DNA of 62,134 nucleotides, counting the filler, from Malassezia furfur (taxonomy: Eukaryota): NCBI GenBank assembly GCA_052055015.1. It is 4 parts of 4 records of this genome, joined end to end, with 100 filler letters (N's around TTAATTAATTAA, not from the genome) between each part and the next. Parts side by side here need not be neighbours in the genome. Positions count along the whole stretch, not along the records: positions 1 to 15,516 come from JBQJIT010000271.1; positions 15,617 to 31,094 come from JBQJIT010000272.1; 2 more parts are not named here. One strand, 5' to 3'. Under the pieces are notes generated by a model that was not told the origin of the DNA, ran no database searches, and saw only the letters and a program-made list of their open reading frames with translations. Shown here in pieces: positions 9,781-20,800 of this stretch (positions within the stretch are counted from its first letter, which is position 1; every line of letters begins with the position of its first letter). The translations under genes were made by a program, and so were the position numbers.

Positions 9781-11779
9781 CTATTGGAACGAGGCGTTAT
9801 CGACGCTACGCATGACGCGGCCAAATAGCCCCGAGGCAAACTCGCGCGCATTGTTCGCCACGTCGCCGAGCCCCTCGCCGAGCTCGCGCGAGGGCGCATG
9901 TCCTGCGCCAACGTTGAGCTGCATTGGCCCCAATCGCAGATGCAGGCCTGCGTCGCCCACCGAAGGCGGCGGGCGTGTGATGCTCGCGGGTAGTCGTGAC
10001 GCCGTATACTGTACCATGTCCAAAAACGACCGCGCGTTGTGGACGGTTGTGCCGCCGAGCAGGAAGCGCGTCCCCGGCCAGGTCGGTTGCGAGGGGACGC
10101 CACTACCCGAGGGTGCGCCATTGAGCAGCGCAATGCTCCGTGCCTCTTCGTAGGTTGTACCGCCAATCACAAAGAGAATCACGTCCTGCGGCCGCGTCGT
10201 CGCGCCGTTCGGGAAGAGCGTCGCGGGCGCGCCATCGGCGGCGCTCGGCTCAACGTTGGCAAAAGGATAGCTCGACGTGCGCAAGCGGCCGTGCATCAAG
10301 TGGTCGATCGTCTCGAGGAGATGCGGGGAATGCTGGGTATACACGTTTTCCACCCCCTTGAGGCCCTTGAGCGCGCTCTTCCCGCGCGAAAAGAGGTTCT
10401 CGTTTGCAAACAGGTCGTCCTGGCGCTGCTCGGCGCCGGCAAAGTTGAGCATCACATACACCAGCACGACCTGGTTCTCGGGGACGCCGACATTGATCAG
10501 CTGGCGCACCACGGCATCGATCTGGTTGCCGGACCACTTTTGGTAGCGCAGTGCGTACAGGATCGCGAGGCGCAGCTTGGCGTCGTGCCCGATTTTGCTC
10601 GAGCCCAGCAGGTTCTGTACGTTGCGCAGATCAGACGAGTGGCTCTCGTTGCTTGCCAGGCTCTGCTCAAGCTCACTGACCTGCAGCAAGTCGCGCTCCT
10701 CCACGAGCCGACTAAGCTCACCCAAAAGCGCAACATGCTTCGACACGTTGCCCCGCAGTCGCTGGAATTCGGGGTATTCTTCGACGAACCGCTTCATGTC
10801 CTGGATCGTCTCGATCGACGACGCAGACGACGACCGCGACTGGAATTGCGTGACGTACTGCTTGATCGACGCACCCAGGTCGCCAAAGTTGTCGTAGAGG
10901 TTCGCAGCAAAGAAGGGGTCATTGTCCACCGACAGCACAATCTCCTCAGCCTTGCCCTCACCGTGGAGGAGCTGCGTGCGTCCATTGTGGATACCAATCA
11001 GCTCGTGCACCATCGCTTGGTACGTCCACTGCGTCAGCAGCGGCGTTACAGGGTCGTTGCGCCGGTCGAGGATGAGGAGCAGCGGCGGCACATCGGTGCG
11101 CCGGAAGTCGAAGAGGGATGCTTGCGTGTTGGTCATCTGGTACGAGACGTCCTCAGCGAGCTTCTTGGCGAGCGCACTCATGCGCTCATACCGGATGACC
11201 GGCTTCTTCTTGAGGCTCAGCAGGAGCGACACGAGCCCCGCCGAGTGCCGCGCAAACGACTCGCTGTCCCACTGCGCAAGGGCATTGCCCCACACCGCGC
11301 TCGGCGGCACCGACTCATTCAGCGAAAAGTGCGATGCAGTGACCGGAACATAGTCCGTGAAGAACTCTTGCACGTTCTGCACGAGCTGATGCTGGTCGGC
11401 TTCAGCGAGCTGCTCAATGCTGTTCTTCGGGACGACGTTGCTAAAGTCTGGGGTCAGCTAGCCGACGTACACAGCGCATAGGAGCCGTAGCGAGGGTGCT
11501 GCAGCTCATCACACAGGGCTTGAATCGAAGTGGCACATGGTCGCACGTACACGATGCACTGCAAGTGCGGCATGCGCTCGCGCGTGCCGTTCTCGAGCTT
11601 GTCGGTGAGGTAGACTTCATTTTCCAGCAGGGCCGACTGGGTGAACGACGCAGAGATGGTGGGCGTCTGAATGAGCAGGTAAAACGCACCGTATACTGGT
11701 CAAGGAGCAGCATTTTCATGCCGTGCACCTCCTTGACCATGCGCTCCATATACGCGGCAACCGCCTTGCCGACGTCCAT
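9781..11779 (-). CDS. VPS45: Sec1/Munc18-family protein Vps45
   Basis: MKMLLLD..T, LLLILDRRNDPVTPLLTQWTYQAM, ENVYTQH, IGGTTYEE. 23-nt introns at 11667-11689 and 11448-11470. Confidence 0.95.
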
Positions 11780-11860
11780 GACGAAGGTGGAGAGAGGTGT
11801 GGAGGTACGGTGCGGCAGGGAATGGGGGATTAACAGGCTACTTTGGTGCGTATATGGCAT

Positions 11861-13405
11861 TTAGTCTCCTGCGTCCGTGCAAGAGAAGGGATGGCCGACA
11901 TCGCCGTTGTTGTATTGGTCCTTGATGGAGACGGCGGCAGACCATGTACCGGCAATGCACATGAACGTCGACACGCAAATGACACCGACCGCGATCAAGA
12001 AACCGATACGGTTGCGCAACGTCGACCAGAAGTCATACTGATGGCGCCAAATGTAGAACAAAGGAGCGAGGAACAGGAAGAAGGCCCAGAAGAGCGAAGC
12101 CTCCAGACTCAGGAATGCACTGAAGAAGGGAATCACCTCTGCGAGCACAAAGGCGAGCGCCCACGTGCAGATGTTGATCAGGATCCATACGGTCCAGAGA
12201 ACCACAGGCTTCTTGAGGAAGCGGCGACGAGGACCGGAGAAGGCGTTGCGCATAAGCACCTTGGCGTTGACCTGACCACTGGCGCAGCCGGCGATCATGA
12301 TGGTTGGCAGCGCCAGGCCGTAGGACACTTTGATCATGACGGGCGAAAGTGAGCCGAGCGACGGGGACTTGGTATACTGCCCGAGGTTGTAGTTAACGAT
12401 GCATCCAACAATGATGTAAAGAACGGTGGAGATGCCCACCAGCAGGTTCATGCTCCGCATAAACAACCGGCGGTCCTTCATTTCAGCCATGACGGGGAGG
12501 TACGACGGCGTGGCGCCGAAACTGACAAAAACATTGGTGACGCCCAGCACACCGTCGAGGAAGTTGTGCGGCACCTGCTCCGTGGCACCAAAGGCCAGCA
12601 GACGCTTCGGCGGGTCACCCGGGTTCATGTTCTCCGGCCCCGAAATGCCGCTGGCAATCATCGCAATGACGACCACGGTGAAGATGGAGGTGAACGAGAT
12701 AGCTGCCTGCCACGCAAAGATCTTGTAGGAGCGCGGCAGGGTAAACACGAACGAGATGATCGAGAAGACGGCGACCAAGGCGACCATGCACGAGTGCCAG
12801 CCGAGATATCGAAACGCGATACCGCCAAGCAGCGCGTGGTTACCCTGGAGGAAGACACCGAACACGATTTGAATGGTACTGAACAGCCATCCGCCCCAGC
12901 GCCCAAAAATCAGTTCGCCGGCCTGCTGCATGGAGTGGATGTTGGGGTACATGAGCGAGAGGCGCCAGTAGTTGTAGCCGGTGTAGTATGTCATTGCCGA
13001 AAAGAAGAGACAGACTAGGATGAACGGCACCACACCGATCGTCGCGACCACGAGCGGAATACTCAGGATACCGAGCGCGATCGAGTACGCGATCATGTTC
13101 CAGAACGCGCCGATCCAGCCAAGCGTGCTGGGCTCAAACTCCGTTTCTTCCTCGATAAAGTTTCCATTGATCTGCTCGACGACCATGGCCTTCTCCGTAG
13201 TGGGCAAATTGACCGCGGGCGGCGCCGACTCTTCGAGGAGGCTGGGCGTCTTCTCGTCGAGGACGTTGGTTTTTATCACCTTTTGATCTTGCTCATCGAG
13301 GAACTTGGCTCGGCGTGCGACAGCGACGTCTGAGTTAGGGAAGAACCGCGAGACCCAAGTCCGTCCCTGTCCCTCCCTAGGGTATGGTTCGAGGAGGTTG
13401 TCCAT
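11861..13405 (-). CDS. AAAP/Aa_trans family neutral amino-acid transporter (Mtr-like)
   Basis: LGWIGAFWNMIAYSIALGILSIP, AEMKD, LAEVIPFF and C-terminal HPFSC. About 11 TM segments. First plausible ATG at 13405. Confidence 0.88.
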   Translation of the reverse strand: MDNLLEPYPREGQGRTWVSRFFPNSDVAVARRAKFLDEQDQKVIKTNVLDEKTPSLLEESAPPAVNLPTTEKAMVVEQINGNFIEEETEFEPSTLGWIGAFWNMIAYSIALGILSIPLVVATIGVVPFILVCLFFSAMTYYTGYNYWRLSLMYPNIHSMQQAGELIFGRWGGWLFSTIQIVFGVFLQGNHALLGGIAFRYLGWHSCMVALVAVFSIISFVFTLPRSYKIFAWQAAISFTSIFTVVVIAMIASGISGPENMNPGDPPKRLLAFGATEQVPHNFLDGVLGVTNVFVSFGATPSYLPVMAEMKDRRLFMRSMNLLVGISTVLYIIVGCIVNYNLGQYTKSPSLGSLSPVMIKVSYGLALPTIMIAGCASGQVNAKVLMRNAFSGPRRRFLKKPVVLWTVWILINICTWALAFVLAEVIPFFSAFLSLEASLFWAFFLFLAPLFYIWRHQYDFWSTLRNRIGFLIAVGVICVSTFMCIAGTWSAAVSIKDQYNNGDVGHPFSCTDAGD

Positions 13406-13599
13406 CTCTATGCAAGATGGAGTGAAAAGTGTCTGGGGCAAGGTGGGGGGAAGTGGATTGGGTCGCTCTTGGCGTGCGCGCAGATAATAGGGCAGACGCG
13501 TTTTTTTCTGCACGCGCAGTTCGCGCTGCGCAAATCCCACGTGGTGATAAATCGCGTTTGGAAAGCGCGTGGAGGCGATTGGCAGGTCGGGCCCACACA

Positions 13600-14619
13600 A
13601 TGACCACCGAGGTGAAGCGTAAGTGTTAATGGACGCACTGACGTTGCAGCACTCCCGACCTACGTGCAGGTCGGCGCGGGCGCTTTCGCCGGGATTGTTG
13701 AGCTTGCATGCTTGTATCCGCTGGGTATGTGCCGTGCTTATCGCAGATGTCGTCAAGACGCGATTGCAGCTGCAGCTTAAGTCGAGTGCTCCGCAGTATC
13801 GGGGCACCTTGGACACGCTGAAGCAGATCATGCAGCAGGAGAGGTATGTGCACCGTATGCTCATGCAGTTTTTCGCGGCTGTACCGCGGGATTGGGCCGC
13901 TGTTTGTGCTGGAGGCGCCGAAGCGCGCGATGAAGTTTGGGTAAGTGTCGTGTGCGCTCATGTGCAGCGCGAACGACTTCTGGGGCAAGACGTTCCGCAA
14001 AGCCTTTAACCAAAAAGAAAAGACTCAGGGTCTGACGCTGCTCACGGGATGTGCGGCGGGTGCGACCGAGTCGCTAATTGTGGTGCCTTTCGAGCTGGTC
14101 AAGATCCGCCTGCAGGACCGCAGCCAGGCGCACCTGTACAACGGCCCGATGGATGTGGTGCGGACGATTGTGAAGCAGTGCGGCTGGACTGGGCTGTACA
14201 CGGGCCTGTGGAGCACCATGGTGCGGCACATTCTGTGGAACGGCGGCTACTTTGCGACGATCTTCAAGATGCAGAGCGTGCTGCCCAAGCCGCACACCGC
14301 GGGCGAGCGCATGCGCAACAACCTTATCTCGGGCACGGTCGGCGGGTTTGTGGGCACGCTGTTCAACACGCCTGCGGACGTGGTCAAGACGCGCATCCAG
14401 AACGTGGACCGCGTCAAGGGTGTCGCGCCCAAGTACCGCGGCGCGTTTACGGGCATTCTGCTGATCTACCGCGAAGAGGGCTTCCGTGCGCTGTACAAGG
14501 GCTTTGCGCCCAAGGTGCTGCGTCTCGCGCCCGGCGGCGGCATTTTGCTGCTGGTGGTCGAGGCGGTGAGCGAGCAGGCGCGCCGCTGGATGGGCCCGCC
14601 GTACGTGCCGGCGGCGTGA
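13600..14619 (+). CDS. ODC1: Mitochondrial 2-oxodicarboxylate carrier (ODC1/2-like)
   Basis: Three Px[DE]xxKxR repeats and EAPKRAMKFGANDFWGK after splicing introns 13619-13649, 13725-13746, 13844-13868 and 13941-13967. Confidence 0.88.
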
Positions 14620-14774
14620 GGCGGCCGAGGCCTGGATGCTGCCGCGCCGATGTGCCGCGGCACACGCATACACATAGACAATGCAGGGGGGCAATGCGAC
14701 AGGGGCCAAAAGTGTGCGGCGCACCGAGGCGCGGCACCTTCACCGATCCACTACATGTGCGCCGCAGCGCCGGC

Positions 14775-15516
14775 CTATCGACGTGGGGCGGCGATCGAGC
14801 CGCCCAGTTCGACGCGTTCAAGGAGCGCGTGGTAGACAAACTTGTACGACCACAAGTTGCCCTTGATGCGGCGGATATCGACGCTGTACAGGCCGTGCAG
14901 GGTCGGGATGCGGGTAAGCTCGACGTAGAAGCGCACTTCATGCCCGCCGTCGCGCGTGCCGTCGCCGTACAGCGGCGACGTCGGCGGCGCAATGTACGGC
15001 TCGTCCAGCGACATGCGCGACAGCCCCGTCGCGCTCGGCGGCACGCCGCCAATGCTCATGCGCGACAGCGCGCGGTCCACGTCCTCCTGCTGGAACGAGG
15101 CGCGCGGCGCACCGGCCGCGCTCGGCGTGCGGTGCCGCCCAAGCCGCGACGGCCACCGCCCGCCGTGCTCGTCGCGGTCGCGCTTCCGGGAGAAGAGCTG
15201 GCGCAGCACGCTCGGGCGCTTGGGGCGCACACACTCGATGCGGAACTCGGCGTCGCGCGCACGCCGCATCTCGACGCCCATGCTGAAGAGCGCCTCAAAC
15301 AGGTCGCGCATCACCTCGTCGGGCGGGCGCGTCGTGAGCGCCGCCTGGTCCACGGCACCGACGTGCACCGCCAGGCGGCGGTCGTCCAGCTCGAGGCGCG
15401 CCGGCCGGGGCTGCACGGTGCGCGCATCGCCCGCGACCGAGATGCGCCGCGCGTCGGGCTCGGGCGCACGCGCCTCGACGACCTGCACGCTCGGCCGCCG
15501 CTCGCTGGGGACAGGC
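14775..15516 (-). CDS. C-terminal part (KA1 domain) of a Kin1/MARK-like Ser/Thr kinase; 5' end lost at contig edge
   Basis: HVGAVDQAALTTRPP...VRFYVELTRIPTLHGLYSVDIRRIKGNLWSYKFVY. Confidence 0.75.
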
Positions 15517-15616
15517 NNNNNNNNNNNNNNNNNNNNNNNNNNNNNNNNNNNNNNNNNNNNTTAATTAATTAANNNNNNNNNNNNNNNNNNNNNNNNNNNN
15601 NNNNNNNNNNNNNNNN
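15517..15616. other. Artificial contig linker
   Basis: N44 + TTAATTAATTAA (stops in six frames) + N44. Confidence 0.99.
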
Positions 15617-16902
15617 TCGCCGACGACGTGCTGTGTGCGCGCTTCTCGCCGAACGGCAAGCTGCTCGCCATCTCGCTGCTCGACAACACGGTCAAGGTGT
15701 TTTACGCGGACACGCTCAAGTTCTTCCTGAGCCTGTACGGGCACAAGCTGCCCGTGCTCGCGCTCGACATCTCGGACGACTCGAAGCTGTGTGTGACGTG
15801 CTCGGCGGACAAAAACGTCAAGATCTGGGGCCTGGACTTTGGCGACTGCCACAAGAGCCTGTTTGCGCACGACGACAGCATCATGAACATTGCGTTCGAG
15901 CACGGGCAGCAGGGTGGCGGCCTGATGGGCGGGCGCGAGGGCGCCTCACACCGCTTCTGGACGGTGAGCAAGGACAGCAAGCTCAAGTACTGGGACGGCG
16001 ACCGCTTCGTCCTGATCCAGACGCTCCAGGGGCATCACAGCGAGATCTGGGCGCTGGCCACCGGCGCGCAGGGGCGCGTGGTGGTCACCGCAGGCGGCGA
16101 CCGCAGCATCCGCGTCTGGGAAAAGACCGACGAGCCACTCTTCCTCGAAGAGGAGCGCGAGAAGGAGCTCGAGGAGATGTACGAGTCGGCAGGGCCCGCG
16201 CCCGAGGAGCTGGGCATCGGCGAGCTCGCCGAGGGCGTCGACGACGCGCCGCGCCCGGCAGGCGCCGAGGCTACCGCCGTGTCCAAGGCATCCACCGAGT
16301 CGCTCATGGCCGGCGAGCGCCTCCTCGATGCGATCACCACCGCACGCGAGGATCTTGCGCAGCGCGAGGCTGCCGAGCGCGCGGGGCAGCCGGCCAACAG
16401 CGTGCCGGTGAACCCGGTGATCCAGGCGGTGTTCTCGGACAACATCGAGGAGGTCAACACGCACAAGTACGTGCTCAAGGTTGTCGAAAAGATCCCGTCG
16501 ACGCACCTCGAGGACGCGCTGCTCGTCCTGCCGTTTGACCAGGTCGTGACGCTGCTCTCGTTCATCGACGTGTGGGTCACCAAGGAGTGGAACGTGTCGC
16601 TCGCGGCGCGCATCCTCTTTTTCCTGCTGCGCACGCACCATGCGCAGATCGTGTCGAACCGCGTGATGCGCACGGCGCTCGTGCGGCTGCGCACGCACCT
16701 GCGCGACGTGCTCGCCAAGCAAAAGACGCTGCTCGGCTTCAACCTCGCAGCGCTGCGCTACGTGCGCCAACAGGAGACGGCCAACCGCACCGCCGAGCTG
16801 CTCGAGCGCAGTGACGTGCCCCTCGACCAGCTCGACGAGGCCGCCGTGCGCGAGAAGCTCGACGCGCGCGCACAGCGGAAACGCAAGCTCGTCGTTCGCT
16901 AG
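15617..16902 (+). CDS. DIP2: SSU processome WD40 protein Dip2/Utp12, 5' truncated
   Basis: KFFLSLYGHKLPV, KIWGLDFGDCHKSLFAH, EPLFLEEERE, LEDALLVLPF, GFNLAAL. Confidence 0.95.
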
Positions 16903-16914
16903 GGACCTCATAGA

Positions 16915-18060
16915 CTATGCACACTGCGGCGGCGCGCGGCCGTCGCTGTCGACTTGCGCAAAGGACGCCACGAGGCGCGAGATGCCAATGTACCCCTTGC
17001 ACAGCGCCCACACGTCCGTGCCTTCCTCGAGCGGCTCGCCGTCGCCCGGGCGCATCGCACGCGCCAGGTTCGGCCGGAAATCGAGGTAGGAGCCGTGCTC
17101 GGCGTGCTGCACGGGCAGCGGCGACACGCCCAGGGGGCGCACCCGTGTGCTGTCGTCGTCGTGCGACTTGGTCGGCGGCACATACTGCTGCATATGCCGG
17201 CTCATCCAGATCCGCGTCCAGACCACCTTGGGCTCCCGGAGACATTCGCACAGCGGTACGTTCATCGCATATACCTGCACAGCTGCATCGTCATCCCAGT
17301 GCTCCCACAGCTGCGTTAAAATGGACGCGCTATGCCGCGAAGCCAGCGTGCGCATCTCGGTCTCCTCGTCAGGCGTGAGCGGCGACGCATCCGTCCGCCC
17401 ATCGAGACACGGAGGGCATTCACGGAAGTGGCCGTAGCTGATCGCCACGCCCCGTACGTCGCCCAGCGCGCCGGCCAACGCGCCGCCCAGCGTGCCGGAT
17501 GACACCGAGAACGCTGTGCCTGTGTTCCGTCCGTAGTTGGGGCCCGACACCACGAGCGAGATGGGCGGCGCATCGGGCGTGCCAAACAGGGTATTTCCAG
17601 TAAACAAGCCGATGTTGGTGCAAGTCGACGGCGTCTGTGCATGTCAGCAGGGCCACGTACGCCATCCACAAGCACCCACTCAGCGATTTCGCCGCGATGG
17701 TGGTCGATCGTGCGACGCGTGTTGCTCCAGCATCGCTGTGTGTCGGGGTGCGAGCCATCAAAGTTGTCGCGGAGGGGGTAATAGCTGCGTGGTGAGCCGG
17801 TGCACATACTACCAGTAGCGCAACTGTGCATCATGCACCGTGTAGTTGGTGCCGCTCCACGACTTTTCTGCAGGTCAGTGCCACACAGCGCCACGTACGC
17901 GAGCTGGGCAGGACGACGCGCACGTCCCATCCGAGCGCGACGAGCTCTTGGAAGAGCTGCAGGACATAGGGTGACGACTACAGCGTGTCAGCAGCGCGCT
18001 ACCTACCGCCGATGGTGGTCCGTCGTCGTTTACGATTAGCACGCGTGGTTTCGCGGTCAT
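16915..18060 (-). CDS. SurE-like nucleotidase/phosphatase
   Basis: VLIVNDDG, QKSW, DG|TPSTC, VVSGPNYGRN and SSGTLGGA after removing introns 17978-18006, 17868-17898, 17785-17809 and 17635-17660. Confidence 0.88.
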
Positions 18061-18398
18061 GGCACGCAACACGCCAGGCTTCCAACACGCACAGCACTGG
18101 CCGATGCACGGGCGCCCAACACGTTCGGCCGACGCACCGCGCCACGGCAGCCGCACCGCGGAATAAAGACAACTCGCCGGGACGAAAGGACAAGCTAATT
18201 CGTGTTCAGAATGGGTCACAATTTTAGGGTACGGACGCCTAAGCTAGATCAGAGTGCACACAAGTGGAGTACAGGAGAATGGACACGGCCGTGTCCATGC
18301 CAAGCGGCCAGTCAAGGCCCGCTCAGAAACGTGCCGACCCGCATCCAGCATCCAGCGACCCTTTTGCACGTCATCGCCAAAGTAAAAAGAATAGACAT

Positions 18399-19016
18399 TT
18401 ACTTCGACTTGGCGTTACGCAGGCGACGAGCGTAGAACTCGAGCTCGGCACCCTCGAGAATGTAGCCGTCCGCACGGCCCGACTGGCCAGGGCGGCTCGA
18501 GATGACGGCGTACAGACGGCCGGCGCCGAACTGCTGCTCGACGATGGGGTCGACCTTGCCATCCTTGCGGCGCTCAGCGAGCTTGCGCTCGACGTGGTTG
18601 CTGCGCTTCACCTCCTCGGTGGTGCCCTGCGCAGCGGCGTTGCGACGCTTGGTCACGGGCTGGCCGTAAGCCTTCTCGTAGGCCACGCGGAAGGGCGTAG
18701 CATCAATCTGGATCACGGCACCCTTGACGAGCGTGTTGGTGCGGACAAGCTCGTTGTTCGAGGCGTTGTACACCACACCCAGGATACGGGTCTTGGCCGT
18801 GATGTTCTCCGAGCCCCAGGCAAAGTTGCCGCTGTCGAGGCGGAGCGCACGGGGCTTGATGTTGCCACCGCGCACACGCACGTCGTGGATGCGCTTGGGG
18901 CCAATACGCGTGTTGGCGGCCTGGCGACCCAGCTCGAACTTCCTCTTCTTGCGGAACTGCGCGCGGCGCGCACCGGTGAGCGACCTCTTGTGACGGGAGT
19001 CACGAGTAATACCCAT
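18399..19016 (-). CDS. RPS8: 40S ribosomal protein eS8
   Basis: MGITRDSRHKR...RVRGGN...SSRPGQSGRADGYILEG. 5'UTR intron at 19024-19130 with TACTAAC. Confidence 0.98.
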   Translation of the reverse strand: MGITRDSRHKRSLTGARRAQFRKKRKFELGRQAANTRIGPKRIHDVRVRGGNIKPRALRLDSGNFAWGSENITAKTRILGVVYNASNNELVRTNTLVKGAVIQIDATPFRVAYEKAYGQPVTKRRNAAAQGTTEEVKRSNHVERKLAERRKDGKVDPIVEQQFGAGRLYAVISSRPGQSGRADGYILEGAELEFYARRLRNAKSK

Positions 19017-19332
19017 ACTGAGCCTGTTGCGTTAGTATGTGTTCATGTGTGGTTGTGCTGCGTCGTCGAATACAGACACAGCGCGCCAACGCCGAGCCTG
19101 TATGTCCACTTCGCAGCCTCGCTCACGCACCTTGACGACGGTAGGTAAGAGCGCAGGCGCCGCGGAAGACTGCTTCTTAGTCCCACAGATTCCACGTGAC
19201 AGAACTATAATATCACGTGATACCGGTGCTCAGGATGAGCGGGGATCGGGGGATCGGGGCTCGATGCGGGAGTCGGACCAGATGTGGAGCGAGTATACAG
19301 CAACGGTGACAGAATAGGTAATCTACAACAGG

Positions 19333-20567
19333 CTACACAGCAATCTCCGCCCCAATCGAGGGGAAGAGCACCTTGTCCATCGTATCCATAGGCAATGGGT
19401 CCAAGGCGAGGTCCAGATCCAGAAACTCGTGCGCAGGGAATAACGTCGCATCTACACCGGGATCCGATGTCGCTGAAACGTCGTCCTCTGCGCCCAGCTG
19501 ACTCGGGGGAGTCGTGCTGCACGAGAGCGATCCAGATGCGTGCGTAGTGTCAGAGGGCGTAAACGTCGAAAGGAGGAGGTTCATGTCCATGTCGGTATTT
19601 ACAGGGGCGTGGGCGTCGGGCGTGTGGCCAGTTGTTTCAGGGCCATAGACAACCGGTGCGAAGGGATCCGCAACCGAATCCGAAGCACTCGCCGAGGACA
19701 TCCAGGAGCCGAGGGGCGCGTGCGGATCGTCGGCGTCCGCCAGGTTGTGGGGCTTTGCATCCAGGCTCGGGGCGAGCATGTAGTCTGGGAGCCAGCCCGC
19801 AATGCTGCTGCCATTGGTTGTCGCATCCGCCATTTCCGGGCGCGTGCTTCCGCCGCGCTGCTCCAACTCTTGGAATTGTTCTGCACCCGCTGCTGGGCCA
19901 AGTGCGGAGACAGGAGATCTGTCGAATCCGCACTGGTCGCCTTCGCTGCCGGAAGGCAAGTGCTATCCGAAGAGGGAGACAATCGCTGCGTTGGCACGAC
20001 CGAAGATGGCGCGACAGCCGGCGCTGCGCTTGCTGCTTCTGCTCCTGCTACGCGCTCGTCCACAGAGCGGTGGGTGGACAAAGCCGACACAATCTGGGTA
20101 AGCTGCGACGGAATCGCATCGTGCGACACAGTCTCCTTTGATGCCTGGCTGTGCTGGACCAGCCGGACCAACAACGTTTCGAGGTTGTGTACCTTGGCTC
20201 CAAGATCAGATACTTGGCTTTCAAGTTGCCTCTGCTTTTGCTGGGCCTCGAAATCGCGAGCTGCCCATGCCTTCTTTTCTTCCCGTAACTGTTGAACCTC
20301 TTGCTCCAATTGTTCAATATGTGCCTTCTTCTTTTCCCGAGAGACTTGCGCAGATTGCCGATTTCGTTGTTGCCGTGCAAGAAGACGTGCCTTCTTTTCT
20401 TCCTCACTGGACCGTGCGACCTTGACTGGGGGCTGTTCGGCCGCAGGGTCGGCCGCGCGTTTCGTGCCTGGCGATGGCGTGCTGCTGGGCGCAGCTGCCT
20501 GGGGCGCCTCAGGGGCGCATACCAGGAGTGTAGGATCGATTCCTGAACCGTCTTGTACGCTTGTCAT
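19333..20567 (-). CDS. HAC1: UPR bZIP transcription factor (HAC1/Hxl1/Cib1 type); spliced form ~392 aa, unspliced form ~322 aa (stop at 19599)
   Basis: bZIP EKKARLLARQQRNRQSAQVSREKKK. Two overlapping ORFs are joined by removing a 56-nt non-GT-AG intron (19893-19948) flanked by CNG^CNGN loops. Confidence 0.88.
19893..19948 (-). other. Ire1-type unconventional intron (56 nt)
   Basis: GCCTTC-CGG^CAGC-GAAGGC hairpin and CC-CAG^CAGC-GG loop. Internal stem AGTGCGGA/TCCGCACT. Confidence 0.85.
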
Positions 20568-20654
20568 GCACACCAATCCAGCAACGATTACACAACTTGG
20601 GAGATGCGCCGCCCGGACTTATGAAGCAACAAGGGAAACAGCTTTGTGGGGGGA

Positions 20655-20702
20655 TGACGTGGAAGCTTGCGCCGCCACACAGCCACGTGGAGGGATCACG
20701 TG
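20655..20702. promoter_or_regulatory. UPRE-like TGACGTGGAAG plus two CACGTG boxes in the HAC1/GYP5 divergent promoter
   Basis: TGACGTGG at 20655-20662; CACGTG at 20684 and 20697. Confidence 0.55.
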
Positions 20703-20800
20703 AATGGACTCAACCCCGCAAAGCGGAGCACGTAGCGTGCATAAGGCTGTTGGGACCTTCTGCATACCGCGTGGTCAGCGAATCGAGCCTAACTGCTGCC

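Noticed and set aside
18248..18378. C/D-like boxes (GCGATGA...CTGA) downstream of RPS8
   Set aside because: No terminal stem and no rRNA complementarity that I can recognise.
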